A DNA stretch of 59,381 nucleotides, from positions 1-59,381 of the forward strand of contig CAIWRR010000065.1 of assembly GCA_903915125.1 (NCBI GenBank). The letters run 5' to 3'. The DNA comes from Candidatus Firestoneibacteriota bacterium. GTDB lineage: Bacteria > Oederibacteriota > D2-FULL-39-29 > CAIOVX01. Numbering within the stretch: position 1 is the stretch's first letter; every line of letters starts with the position of its first letter. A model generated the notes under the pieces. The model ran no database searches, had not been told where the DNA came from, and worked only from the letters and a program-made list of their open reading frames with translations. Both the position numbers and the translations under genes were made by a program. Positions 1 to 8,096 of this stretch are shown here, piece by piece.

Positions 1-886
1 GCTTGCCGCAAACCTGGCACGTTACTATATCTTTAGAATATTTCCACTGGTTTTTGTCAAACTCTTTTTTCCTTGCCTCGTCAATGAAATAATATCTTAC
101 ACCGTGATACTCGGAAGAAGGCGTCTTTTCCGTAACTTTAAGGCTTGTTCCTGTGACCGCGCAAACTGTTTCTGTAAGCATAGTCGAATCCGCCTCGGCG
201 GGAACCGGCACTTTTTTTACTGCCTCTGGTTTTACCGCCGGAACAGCTGCAGGAGCAGCCTGGGCCGGAACTGCAGGAACTGCAGGAACTACCTGCGCCG
301 GAGCCATCGGAGCGGGATTCGCCGGAGTTGCAGGAATAGCCTGCACCGGAGCTGCAGGAACAGCTTGCGCCGGAGCGGCAGGAGCAGCCTGTGCCGGAGT
401 TGCTGGAACTGACTGCGCCGGAGTTGCAGGAACTGACTGCGCCGGAGCTATAGGAACTGACTGCGCCGGAGTTGCAGGAATAGCCTGCACCGGAGTTGCA
501 GGAACAGTTTGCGCCGGAGCTGCAGGAGCAGCCTGTGCCGGAGTTGCCGGAGAAACCTGTGCCGGAGTTGCAGGAATAGTTTGCGCCGGAGCTGCAGGAG
601 CAGCCTGTGCCGGAGTTGCCGGAGAAACCTGTGCCGGAGTTGCAGGAACAGTTTGCGCCGGAGTTGCTGGAGAAACCTGTGCCGGAGTTGCAGGAACAGT
701 TTGCGCCGGAGTTGCTGGAGAAACCTGTGCCGGAGTTGCTGGAACAGTTACTTCTACTTTTTTTTCTTGAACAACGGCTTTAGGGGCGGATTTTTTTTCA
801 GGCGCCGGCTCGTCTTCATCAAAAGCCTGGCCAAAAACTCCGACGGAAAGGAAAAGAATGCCTAGGATTGAAACTATCAACCTCAT
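1..886 (-). CDS. Secreted Pro/Ala/Thr-rich tandem-repeat protein with YHS-like C-terminal region (3' end leaves the window)
   Basis: Not in the ORF track because it runs off the edge. ATG at 886..884 follows a GGAGG. My translation starts MRLIVSILGILFLSVGVFGQAFDEDEPAPEKK (signal peptide), continues with about 20 eight-aa PATPAQ(V/T)(S/V) units, then ...ETVCAVTGTSLKVTEKTPSSEYHGVKIYFIDEARKKEFDKKP...TCQVCGK. The frame stays open to nt 2. Confidence 0.75.
   Translation of the reverse strand, partial: MRLIVSILGILFLSVGVFGQAFDEDEPAPEKKSAPKAVVQEKKVEVTVPATPAQVSPATPAQTVPATPAQVSPATPAQTVPATPAQVSPATPAQAAPAAPAQTIPATPAQVSPATPAQAAPAAPAQTVPATPVQAIPATPAQSVPIAPAQSVPATPAQSVPATPAQAAPAAPAQAVPAAPVQAIPATPANPAPMAPAQVVPAVPAVPAQAAPAAVPAVKPEAVKKVPVPAEADSTMLTETVCAVTGTSLKVTEKTPSSEYHGVRYYFIDEARKKEFDKNQWKYSKDIVTCQVCGK
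236..750. repeat. About 21 tandem copies of a 24-bp unit (GCCGGAGTTGCAGGAACAGTTTGC-like) with 48/72-bp higher-order copies
   Basis: Periodicity is visible by eye. The 72-bp blocks 511-582 and 583-654 differ at one base. The array is in frame with the minus-strand CDS, giving an 8-aa repeat. Confidence 0.9.
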
Positions 887-922
887 AAAGTATACCTCCA
901 GAGGATTTTCTTTTACTTAGCA

Positions 923-951
923 ATTATGCCACACAGAGCCAAAAAAGTCAA
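923..951 (-). promoter_or_regulatory. Sigma70-like promoter for the repeat-protein gene
   Basis: Minus strand reads TTGACT, 17 nt, CATAAT, with TG one base upstream of the -10 (extended -10). It lies about 35 nt upstream of the ATG at 886. Confidence 0.45.
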
Positions 952-975
952 CAAATTCATGCTTTTTGAATAATC

Positions 976-1004
976 TTGATAATTCATTTTGCTAATGTTA
1001 TCAT
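976..1004 (+). promoter_or_regulatory. Sigma70-like promoter for tRNA-Leu
   Basis: TTGATA (976-981), 17 nt, TATCAT (999-1004). The tRNA begins at 1019. Confidence 0.45.
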
Positions 1005-1018
1005 TAACACTCCCAAAT

Positions 1019-1102
1019 GCCGGAGTGGTGGAATTGGTAGACGCAGAGGACTCAAAATCCTCCGACTTCACGGTCATGAGAGTTCGATTCTCTCCTCCGG
1101 CA
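1019..1102 (+). tRNA. tRNA-Leu (anticodon CAA)
   Basis: Acceptor stem GCCGGAG/CTCCGGC plus discriminator A. Anticodon stem GAGGA/TCCTC with loop CTCAAAA. Long variable arm. T-arm GAGAG-TTCGATT-CTCTC. No encoded CCA. Confidence 0.9.
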
Positions 1103-1181
1103 TATAAATACATTTACTAATTGCTGATAGCTTATTGCTGATTCCCCTCCTTCCAAGGGCCCGGAATTTCCAGGGAGTGAA

Positions 1182-1814
1182 ATGCAAACAAAATGGATTG
1201 ATATAACTTTACCTGTAAAACCGGGCATGCTCAGATGGCCTTGCGACGCTTTAGTCCGCTTTAAAAAGCTGAAAGAAATGAAAAAAGGCGCACAGAATAA
1301 CCTCAGCGCTATCTCTCTCGGGTCGCACACCGGCACACATATGGATGCTCCCCTTCACTTCTTTGCCGGCGGAAAAAGCCTGGATAAAATGCCTTTAGAA
1401 GCTGTTATTGGCCCTGCCAGAGTGCTTGAGATAAGGGATAAAGAATGCGTGAAGTCCGATGAGCTTAGGCGCTTGAATATTCTCAAAGGAGAGCGCATAC
1501 TTATAAAGACAGCGAATTCAGGATTTAAGAAAGAACGCAGTTTTAGGGAAGATTTCACATATATATCCCTTGAGGCCGCAAAATACATTGTGTCGCGGGG
1601 CGTCAGGACGCTCGGCATAGATTATCTTTCAGTTGGCGGGTTCAAGAAAGACGGGACAGAGGTGCACAGGACGCTACTTGGAGCCGGGATCTGGCTTATT
1701 GAGGGATTGGATCTCAGCAAGGTCAAACCCGGGAAATATGAGCTGTTCTGCCTGCCGCTGAAAACGGTGGGTCTTGAAGGCGCTCCGGCAAGGGCAGTGG
1801 TAAGAAGGCCATAA
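1182..1814 (+). CDS. Cyclase-family protein (arylformamidase/kynurenine formamidase-like)
   Basis: HTGTHMDAPLHF motif (HxGTHxDxPxH) and a length of about 210 aa. Confidence 0.7.
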   Translation: MQTKWIDITLPVKPGMLRWPCDALVRFKKLKEMKKGAQNNLSAISLGSHTGTHMDAPLHFFAGGKSLDKMPLEAVIGPARVLEIRDKECVKSDELRRLNILKGERILIKTANSGFKKERSFREDFTYISLEAAKYIVSRGVRTLGIDYLSVGGFKKDGTEVHRTLLGAGIWLIEGLDLSKVKPGKYELFCLPLKTVGLEGAPARAVVRRP

Positions 1815-1852
1815 ACGTTAGTAAGGTTCATTCGGCATAACGAAATAAAAAA

Positions 1853-1876
1853 GGCCTCCGTTTCCGGAGGCCTTTT
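1853..1876. terminator. Bidirectional rho-independent terminator between convergent genes
   Basis: GGCCTCCG-TTTC-CGGAGGCC, flanked by an A-run upstream and a T-run downstream. Confidence 0.7.
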
Positions 1877-1889
1877 CATCTTGATTCCG

Positions 1890-2402
1890 TTACTTTACCG
1901 GTATATCAACCACCTTCTTGAACTGTTCGCCGCACTTCGGGCAGTACCCCGGAAGTCCTGAGGTGATATTATCCGGCACGCAGACATAGATGACCCTGAA
2001 TTTCTTGAGCTTTACGCCTTTGTCAATCGGGCAGTTCCCCGCCTTGCTGGCCGAATAGCCGCAGACCGGGCATTTGAAAGTAAAGCTCTTTGTCTGTTTT
2101 GCCAGAGGCTGCTTGCAAATCGGACATTTCCCCTGCGCGAGAGATTCAGTCTTTTCGTGCTTCTCACAGCAGTAGACTTCCATGGTTAAACAATCCCGAT
2201 CTACCAGAGCTTTTTTTATCGCAGGAACAGCGCCGGATACATCAGTTGAAATTGACGCCGCCGTTGCGGCAGGGACTGCCGGAGCCGCGCTTGAAACTGC
2301 AACCGGAGCAGTTCCTGAAACGGACGCCGAAGTATTTACATTTCCAGCGGAAAGCATAAATCCGAACAAAGAAAGAATAGCCGCGACAAATATTACTTTC
2401 AT
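1890..2402 (-). CDS. Secreted Cys-rich protein with three heavy-metal-binding-domain-like CxxC modules
   Basis: Signal peptide MKVIFVAAILSLFGFMLSAG and an Ala/Val/Ser linker. Three modules follow: YCCEKHEKTESLAQGKCPICKQPL, FKCPVCGYSASKAGNCPIDKG and YVCVPDNITSGLPGYCPKCGEQF. Confidence 0.5.
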   Translation of the reverse strand: MKVIFVAAILSLFGFMLSAGNVNTSASVSGTAPVAVSSAAPAVPAATAASISTDVSGAVPAIKKALVDRDCLTMEVYCCEKHEKTESLAQGKCPICKQPLAKQTKSFTFKCPVCGYSASKAGNCPIDKGVKLKKFRVIYVCVPDNITSGLPGYCPKCGEQFKKVVDIPVK

Positions 2403-2414
2403 AATCTCCTCCTT

Positions 2415-2882
2415 TTAGCGTTTGTCTGTCAAAGCTCTGCGTATTTCCCTGTTAACTTCTCTTTTCTTGATAGTTTCTCGCTTGTCATAAGCTTTCTTGC
2501 TGCGCCCCAAACCTATCTCAGCCTTAACGACATTGCCCTTCAGGTAAATCCTGAGCGGAAGCAGCGTCAGGTTACCTTCCGTGAGCCTTCCCATGAGACG
2601 GTTAATCTCGCGCCTGTGAAGCAGAAGTTTTCGCTTCCGTTCAGGGTCTACATTATTATAACTGCCGAATGAATACGGGCTTATATGTACATTATATAGG
2701 TAGAGTTCTCCGTTGTCAATGCGGGCAAACCCGTCCTTAATGTTAACCTTACCGTCCCGCGCGGATTTAACTTCCGTTCCCGTAAGCGCCAGCCCCGCCT
2801 CATACCTTTCCAGTATTGAGTAGTCAAAGGTTGCCTTCCTGTTTGCCGAGATCAGTTTCTCAATTATCTTTTCTTCCGTCAC
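2415..2882 (-). CDS. smpB: SsrA-binding protein SmpB
   Basis: RKATFDYSILERYEAGLALTGTEVKS...KLLLHRREI is typical SmpB. Length 155 aa. Confidence 0.9.
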   Translation of the reverse strand: MTEEKIIEKLISANRKATFDYSILERYEAGLALTGTEVKSARDGKVNIKDGFARIDNGELYLYNVHISPYSFGSYNNVDPERKRKLLLHRREINRLMGRLTEGNLTLLPLRIYLKGNVVKAEIGLGRSKKAYDKRETIKKREVNREIRRALTDKR

Positions 2883-3658
2883 GCGAACCTCGCAAGGTCA
2901 GCGACGCTTTGCAGCACATAATCAGGATGCAACTTTTTCGGTATCTTTTTCAAATCTTTCCTTGAAGTAATTCCTGTCAAAACAAGGGCTGTCTTCACGC
3001 CCGCGTTCTTTCCGAAAAGAATGTCGGTTTCGTGTCTGTCACCGACAACAAGCGTATTTTTAAGAGCATAACCCGTTTGCGCGAGAAGTTTCTTAAGCAT
3101 AAAGGGACCGGGCTTCCCCACCACAAATGCCTCTTTCCCGGACGAAGCTTCTACTGAAGCGACGATGCTGCCGCAGCCCGGGAAAACCGTGTTATTCGCT
3201 CCGGGATAAGTTGCGTCTTTATTTGTAGCCAGCAGTTTCGCTCCGCCCAATAAAAACTGCTGGGCAGCAAGCAGCTTTTTAAAACTAAACTGCCTGTCAA
3301 GCCCCACAACGACAAAATCCACTCCTTTCACGGAGTCTTTCTCCCCGACTATGCGGGTTCCGGATTTTCTTATTTCATCCCTCAGACCTTTCGCTCCTAT
3401 TACGAAAACCTTTTTCGCTTTTTTCTTTCTCAGGAACTCGCCGGCGGCATACGCAGTACACATTATCTCTTCAAGCTTGACATTAAAACCCATGCCGCGG
3501 AGCTTTTTTCGGTACTCTTTCCTTGAAAGCAGCGCGTTATTGGTAGCATAAGTTACTTTGTGCCCCTTCTCCTGAAGATAAGCAAGAGTTTCAACCGCTC
3601 CCTTTATCAACTGGGATTCCCTGTAAACACAGCCGTCAAGGTCAAGAATGAAAAGCAT
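2879..3658 (-). CDS. HAD-IIA family hydrolase (NagD-like sugar phosphatase)
   Basis: N-terminal DLDGCVY, then ATNN and a C-terminal VGDRHETD motif. Confidence 0.7.
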   Translation of the reverse strand: MLFILDLDGCVYRESQLIKGAVETLAYLQEKGHKVTYATNNALLSRKEYRKKLRGMGFNVKLEEIMCTAYAAGEFLRKKKAKKVFVIGAKGLRDEIRKSGTRIVGEKDSVKGVDFVVVGLDRQFSFKKLLAAQQFLLGGAKLLATNKDATYPGANNTVFPGCGSIVASVEASSGKEAFVVGKPGPFMLKKLLAQTGYALKNTLVVGDRHETDILFGKNAGVKTALVLTGITSRKDLKKIPKKLHPDYVLQSVADLARFA

Positions 3659-4494
3659 TATTTCGCTCCGGCGCGAAGCCTGAGCTGCTCAACATATTCG
3701 TAAGGAATGAGGATAGTCCCGAGCAGCATCTTGTTTTTGCTCATACCGTGGCAGTCGGAACCGCCGGTCATTGCCAGGCCGTTCGCCTGCGCCATATTCT
3801 TGTACCTTTCCACCGCGGCGGTATTATGTTCAGTGTGAAAAACTTCAATACCGTCAAGCCCCATCGGTATCATGCTCTTCACCAATTCGTCGTTATTGAG
3901 AACCACAGGATGCGCCAGAACGGCAGCTCCTCCCGCGGCCTTTATCATCCGAATAACTTCAAGCGGGCTCATTTTGTGCTTTCCGACATACGCCGGCCCG
4001 TTTTGTCCGATGTAACGCCGGAACGCGTCTCCGATAGTCGAGACATGTTTTGCGTCCTTCAAGGCCCTGGCTATATGCAGCCTGCCTACCGAGGTGTAGG
4101 ACTCGGTGAGCTTGAGCACATCTTGAAGCTCAATATTTATATTCTGGCCTTGAAGTTTTTGGATAATCAGCTTTGCCCTCTCCAGTCTGGATTCCCGAAG
4201 CATTTTCAGCGTCGCGGCAAAAGCAGGGTCTTTGTGATTTATAAAATACCCGAGAATGTGTATCTCTGCCTGCCCTTCTTCAGCAGACAGCTCTATGCCT
4301 GGAATAACTTCTATGCCTGCTTCCTTCCCGAGCAAAAGCGCCTTGTCAAGCGAATCCACCGTATCGTGGTCGGTAATACCAACCGCCGAAAGCCCGACAT
4401 TCTTGGCGTTTAAAATCACTTCCTCCGGGCCAAAAGTTGAATCCGAAGCATTGGTGTGCACGTGCAAATCAGCGTAACCGTTTTTTGTGGTCAT
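3658..4494 (-). CDS. PHP-domain phosphoesterase (TrpH/YciV-like)
   Basis: DLHVHTNASD, GITDHD and GGSDCHG motifs. Confidence 0.7.
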   Translation of the reverse strand: MTTKNGYADLHVHTNASDSTFGPEEVILNAKNVGLSAVGITDHDTVDSLDKALLLGKEAGIEVIPGIELSAEEGQAEIHILGYFINHKDPAFAATLKMLRESRLERAKLIIQKLQGQNINIELQDVLKLTESYTSVGRLHIARALKDAKHVSTIGDAFRRYIGQNGPAYVGKHKMSPLEVIRMIKAAGGAAVLAHPVVLNNDELVKSMIPMGLDGIEVFHTEHNTAAVERYKNMAQANGLAMTGGSDCHGMSKNKMLLGTILIPYEYVEQLRLRAGAK

Positions 4495-5234
4495 TTTATC
4501 CCCGCAATTTTATGGACCTGCGGCGTAACCCTCAGATCCTTCAGAATCCCTTTTGAAAGCGCCGAACCAAATTTTTTCAACGCGCCTTTTATTCCAAGCG
4601 CCGGGTCAGGCTGAATGCAGGCCGTTATCCCGGGTGAGACATTCTTAAGCATCAAAAGCGCCGAGATAAGCTCCTTTTCCGCCGTTGAATCAGTTACAAC
4701 TATCTTCACGAAAGCTTTGCTTCCGGCGATCCGCAGAAACTCGCGGTGTTCTTTCCAGACCGCCTTTCTTCCCGTAGCTGAAGGCAACTTAATGTCAGCG
4801 GATATAATATCCGCGTATTTTAACACCTGCTTCAACGCCAAAGGGTGCGCAGCGTTAGTTTCCAGATAGGTCTTAAAACCTGACTTCTTAAGTTCTTTCA
4901 GGAGACCCCGCGTAAATTCAGGCTGCTCAAGCGGTTCACCTCCGGTAATGCTTACCGAATGTACCGGGCCAACCGCCTTTACCGCGTGAAGCACGGCCGC
5001 AACAGAAACCGGATTTATTTCCGTCTTCCCAAAGATTTCTGCCCTTTTTACCAGTTTCCACGCCTGCTTCGTGTCGCAATAAGCGCACCCGAAAGAACAA
5101 CCGGACAATCTGATAAAAACCTGCCTCACTCCGATATAAGGGCCTTCACCCTGCAGGGAAACAAAAATCTCGCTCACCCAACCCTTATTCAAAGTAGGTT
5201 GCACAAGACCTCTCGGTCTCCCAAACGGAAACAC
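4491..5234 (-). CDS. queE: 7-carboxy-7-deazaguanine synthase QueE (radical SAM)
   Basis: SLQGEGPYIGVRQVFIRLSGCSFGCAYCDT, and it sits next to queD. The start is uncertain: the ORF overlaps queD by 50 nt, and in-frame GTG/TTG codons lie further downstream. Confidence 0.8.
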   Translation of the reverse strand: MFPFGRPRGLVQPTLNKGWVSEIFVSLQGEGPYIGVRQVFIRLSGCSFGCAYCDTKQAWKLVKRAEIFGKTEINPVSVAAVLHAVKAVGPVHSVSITGGEPLEQPEFTRGLLKELKKSGFKTYLETNAAHPLALKQVLKYADIISADIKLPSATGRKAVWKEHREFLRIAGSKAFVKIVVTDSTAEKELISALLMLKNVSPGITACIQPDPALGIKGALKKFGSALSKGILKDLRVTPQVHKIAGIK

Positions 5235-5553
5235 GGGCCACCTTCACGCCCTTGAGTTTGACTTTTTTCTTAAGCTCGGCGTAAATATGTTTGGAAATGT
5301 TCTCCGCCGAGGGGTTTGCTTTCTTAAAGGGAGCAAGTTCATCAAGCACCTTATGATCAAGAGTCTCTGTTATCTCGTGCAGCGCCGCTTTCACGTCTCC
5401 AAAATCTACGGCGAGCCCTATATTATTCAGCTTGACCGCGGAAACCACCGCTTCAATTTTATAATTATGTCCGTGCATATTCTCGCACTTGCCCTTATAC
5501 TCTCTCAAATAATGAGCGGACGCGAACCCTCCAAGCACCTTGACTTCAAACAT
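5185..5553 (-). CDS. queD: 6-carboxytetrahydropterin synthase QueD
   Basis: FASAHYLREYKGKCENMHGHNY motif, 122 aa, GGAGG upstream. Confidence 0.85.
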   Translation of the reverse strand: MFEVKVLGGFASAHYLREYKGKCENMHGHNYKIEAVVSAVKLNNIGLAVDFGDVKAALHEITETLDHKVLDELAPFKKANPSAENISKHIYAELKKKVKLKGVKVARVSVWETERSCATYFE

Positions 5554-5643
5554 TTCGCCTCCGCGAACACCTGTTTAATTTGTTTTATTTATTGCCGTTA
5601 ATGACTCAAGTCAAAACGGTTTGGTTTTGGTCCCCAGTTACAA

Positions 5644-5688
5644 ACCTTATAAACTTTATAAACCTTATGAACTTTATTAACTTTTTAG
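5644..5688. repeat. Five tandem 9-bp units (ACCTTATAA / ACTTTATAA / ACCTTATGA / ACTTTATTA / ACTTTTTAG)
   Basis: Read directly from the sequence. The array spans the ispG stop codon and the ispG-queD spacer. Confidence 0.7.
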
Positions 5689-6738
5689 CTTATTTATTTC
5701 CTTCATCAACTCTTCCACCAGATTCTCTTCTTTCACCCTCTTAATAACCTTTCCGTTCTTGAACAACATACCCATGCCTTTGCCGCAGGCTATGCCAAAA
5801 TCGGCTTCGCTTGCCTCACCCGGACCGTTTACAACACAGCCCATAACGGCGACCTTGAGGGGACGCGAAATTCCGGAGACGAGGCGTTCTACTTCCTCTG
5901 CAATCGGGAAAAGAGATACTCCGCACCTGCCGCAGGTAGGGCAGACAATAAGGTCGACACCTTTGTCGCGAAGCTTCAGAGTCTTTAATATTCCGTAGCC
6001 TACGCGGATTTCCTCAAGCGGCTCTCCGGCAAGCGAGACGCGGATGGTGTCTCCCAGCCCGGAATGCAGGAGGGTTCCTATCCCGACAGCGGACTTGATT
6101 GTACCCCCCGAAACCGTGCCGGCCTCGGTTACTCCCACATGGAAAGGATAATCGCACTCCTTCGCCATGCGCGTATAAGCTTCTATGGTTGTCAGCGTGT
6201 CAGAAGCCTTTAGAGAGAGTACGATATCTTCAAATTTATTCCTTTCGAAGAAACGTATAAACGAGACCGCCCTTTTTACCATCTTTTTCGCTGTCACCGC
6301 GGCGCTTTCATGCCTCTGTCTGCCCGAGTACTTTTCCAAAGAACCGGCGTTAACGCCTATCCTTATTGGAATACGGGCGGATTTGGCGGCGGAGATAATT
6401 CCTTTAACTTTCAGGTCGCTTCCGATATTCCCGGGATTTATCCTGATCTTGTCCGCGCCCGCTTCGATGGCCAGAATAGCCAGTTTGCTGCTGAAATGAA
6501 TATCGGCAACCAGCGGGATTTTTATGCCGGCTTTTATCAGTTTAATTTTGCGCGCGGCTTCTTCGTCCAAAACAGCGCATCTGATTATTTCGCAGCCTGC
6601 CGACTGAAGCTCTTTTATCTGAGCAATGGTAGCGGCAACATCCCTGGTATCAGTCTTGGTCATTGACTGAACCGATACCGGAGCCCTGCCGCCTATGGCA
6701 ATATTTCCGGCCTTGACCGGACGGGTAACGCGTCTCAT
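5677..6738 (-). CDS. ispG: 4-hydroxy-3-methylbut-2-en-1-yl diphosphate synthase IspG
   Basis: GGRAPVSVQSMT, VNAGSL and CPTCGRC motifs. Length 353 aa. Confidence 0.9.
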   Translation of the reverse strand: MRRVTRPVKAGNIAIGGRAPVSVQSMTKTDTRDVAATIAQIKELQSAGCEIIRCAVLDEEAARKIKLIKAGIKIPLVADIHFSSKLAILAIEAGADKIRINPGNIGSDLKVKGIISAAKSARIPIRIGVNAGSLEKYSGRQRHESAAVTAKKMVKRAVSFIRFFERNKFEDIVLSLKASDTLTTIEAYTRMAKECDYPFHVGVTEAGTVSGGTIKSAVGIGTLLHSGLGDTIRVSLAGEPLEEIRVGYGILKTLKLRDKGVDLIVCPTCGRCGVSLFPIAEEVERLVSGISRPLKVAVMGCVVNGPGEASEADFGIACGKGMGMLFKNGKVIKRVKEENLVEELMKEINKLKS

Positions 6739-8096
6739 CTGTTCATCGTCCTTATGACCATGTTGAAGATGTCCAGCGAAAATACACCTATTATCATTAC
6801 CATCACAATAGCCCAGCCGGCGTACATCAAAGCCATCTGGGTCTTTAAAGGAACTGGTCTTCGTATTATTCCTTCAAAAAGATAAATAAGTATTACCCCG
6901 CCGTCAAGCACCGGAATCGGCAGTATTAAATTTAACGCTCCTACTATGGTGCTGAGCAGAGCCGTAAGCAACAGAAGCTGGGTTGGGCCTTTTTCGGCCG
7001 CTTCTCTCGCCATCTGAAACATCATTATAGGGCCCCCGACGGAATCTTTTACCGACTGTTTCCCTTTAGCCATCAGCCAGAGCGCCTTGACCTGAAGCAG
7101 CGTCAGCGAAACAGGTTTTTCTACTGCCATCAGGAATGAGTCCTTCAAGCCGTAGGATTTCTTGTAAAACATCGTCGGCCTTGACGAAATACCAATCATA
7201 TATTTTTTCGAGATAATGTTATCCTTAACAGGAGTAACCACCCGGTACTGTTCCTTCCCACCGCGGCTTACCAGAAATTTCACAGGTTTGCCGTCGCAAG
7301 TTTTCACCACATCAATAATGTCGGTGAACTGCGCTATTTCTTTCTCGTTCGCCTTGAGTATCAGGTCGCCGCTCTTCAGTCCGGCTTTGTATGCCGGCGT
7401 CCCGACGCTGACGTCAACAACCGCAGGCAAGAAGATTATCAGCCCGAAGGGGTTCTTTCCGGAAAGTTCCACGCTAATTGCTTTCTTCCGGCCCGAACGT
7501 TCTATCTCCGCAGTAAACGCGGTCTTCTCTCCAATCTCCTCGTACAGTTTATGCGTAAGCTCAGCCGGCTTGCCGTCAATAGCAATTATGGCGTCTCCTT
7601 TTTTAAAACCGCAGTGCTCAGCGACAGACCCCTTCTCCACTGAACCCACAACAGAAGGGCTGGTGCCGTACTGAATCCCTGAAAGGAACACAAGAAAAAA
7701 TATAATGACTCCGAGAACCAGGTTGATAAAGGAACCCGCGAAAGTTATAAAAATCTTCGACCACCAGGGCTGCCCCAGGAACTCGTGCTTCTCAAAAGTG
7801 TCTTTGCGCCTGAGATTGTTATTAACCTCTTCCGAAGGCTCGTCGCCCGCCATCTTGACATAGCCGCCGAGCGGGAACCAAGATATCATGTATTCCGTGT
7901 GACCTCTTTTGAAACCAATCAGCTTGCCGCCCCAGCCGAGCGAGAATTTAAGCACTCTGACGCCCATTATTTTTGCGGCAAAAAAATGTCCGGCTTCGTG
8001 CACGAAGACGACCACCCCGAAAGCGACAAAGGCTGCAATATAAGGCAGCGCGCCCTCGGCAAGAGCTAAAATATCCCGGAGTAAACTACCTGTCAT
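6735..8096 (-). CDS. rseP: RIP metalloprotease RseP (M50 site-2 protease)
   Basis: HEAGHFFAAK (HExxH), PDZ-like middle region, C-terminal PIPVLDGG. Confidence 0.85.
   Translation of the reverse strand: MTGSLLRDILALAEGALPYIAAFVAFGVVVFVHEAGHFFAAKIMGVRVLKFSLGWGGKLIGFKRGHTEYMISWFPLGGYVKMAGDEPSEEVNNNLRRKDTFEKHEFLGQPWWSKIFITFAGSFINLVLGVIIFFLVFLSGIQYGTSPSVVGSVEKGSVAEHCGFKKGDAIIAIDGKPAELTHKLYEEIGEKTAFTAEIERSGRKKAISVELSGKNPFGLIIFLPAVVDVSVGTPAYKAGLKSGDLILKANEKEIAQFTDIIDVVKTCDGKPVKFLVSRGGKEQYRVVTPVKDNIISKKYMIGISSRPTMFYKKSYGLKDSFLMAVEKPVSLTLLQVKALWLMAKGKQSVKDSVGGPIMMFQMAREAAEKGPTQLLLLTALLSTIVGALNLILPIPVLDGGVILIYLFEGIIRRPVPLKTQMALMYAGWAIVMVMIIGVFSLDIFNMVIRTMNR

Noticed and set aside
236-750. Possible CRISPR array, given the regular short repeats
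   Set aside because: The units are contiguous (24 bp with no spacers) and in frame within a coding sequence, and no cas genes are nearby. It is a coding tandem repeat.
104-865. Three overlapping plus-strand ORFs (Ala/Gly/Thr-rich and Arg/Cys/Ser-rich, 102-205 aa)
   Set aside because: They are frame shadows of the 24-bp repeat. The minus strand carries a gene with promoter, RBS, signal peptide and a sensible domain layout. The plus-strand products are low-complexity and have no start context.
5554-5643. preQ1 riboswitch expected upstream of queD/queE
   Set aside because: I could not find the short P1 hairpin plus A-rich tail (…CCC…AAAAAACUA-type) on the minus strand. A covariance-model scan would be needed to exclude it fully.
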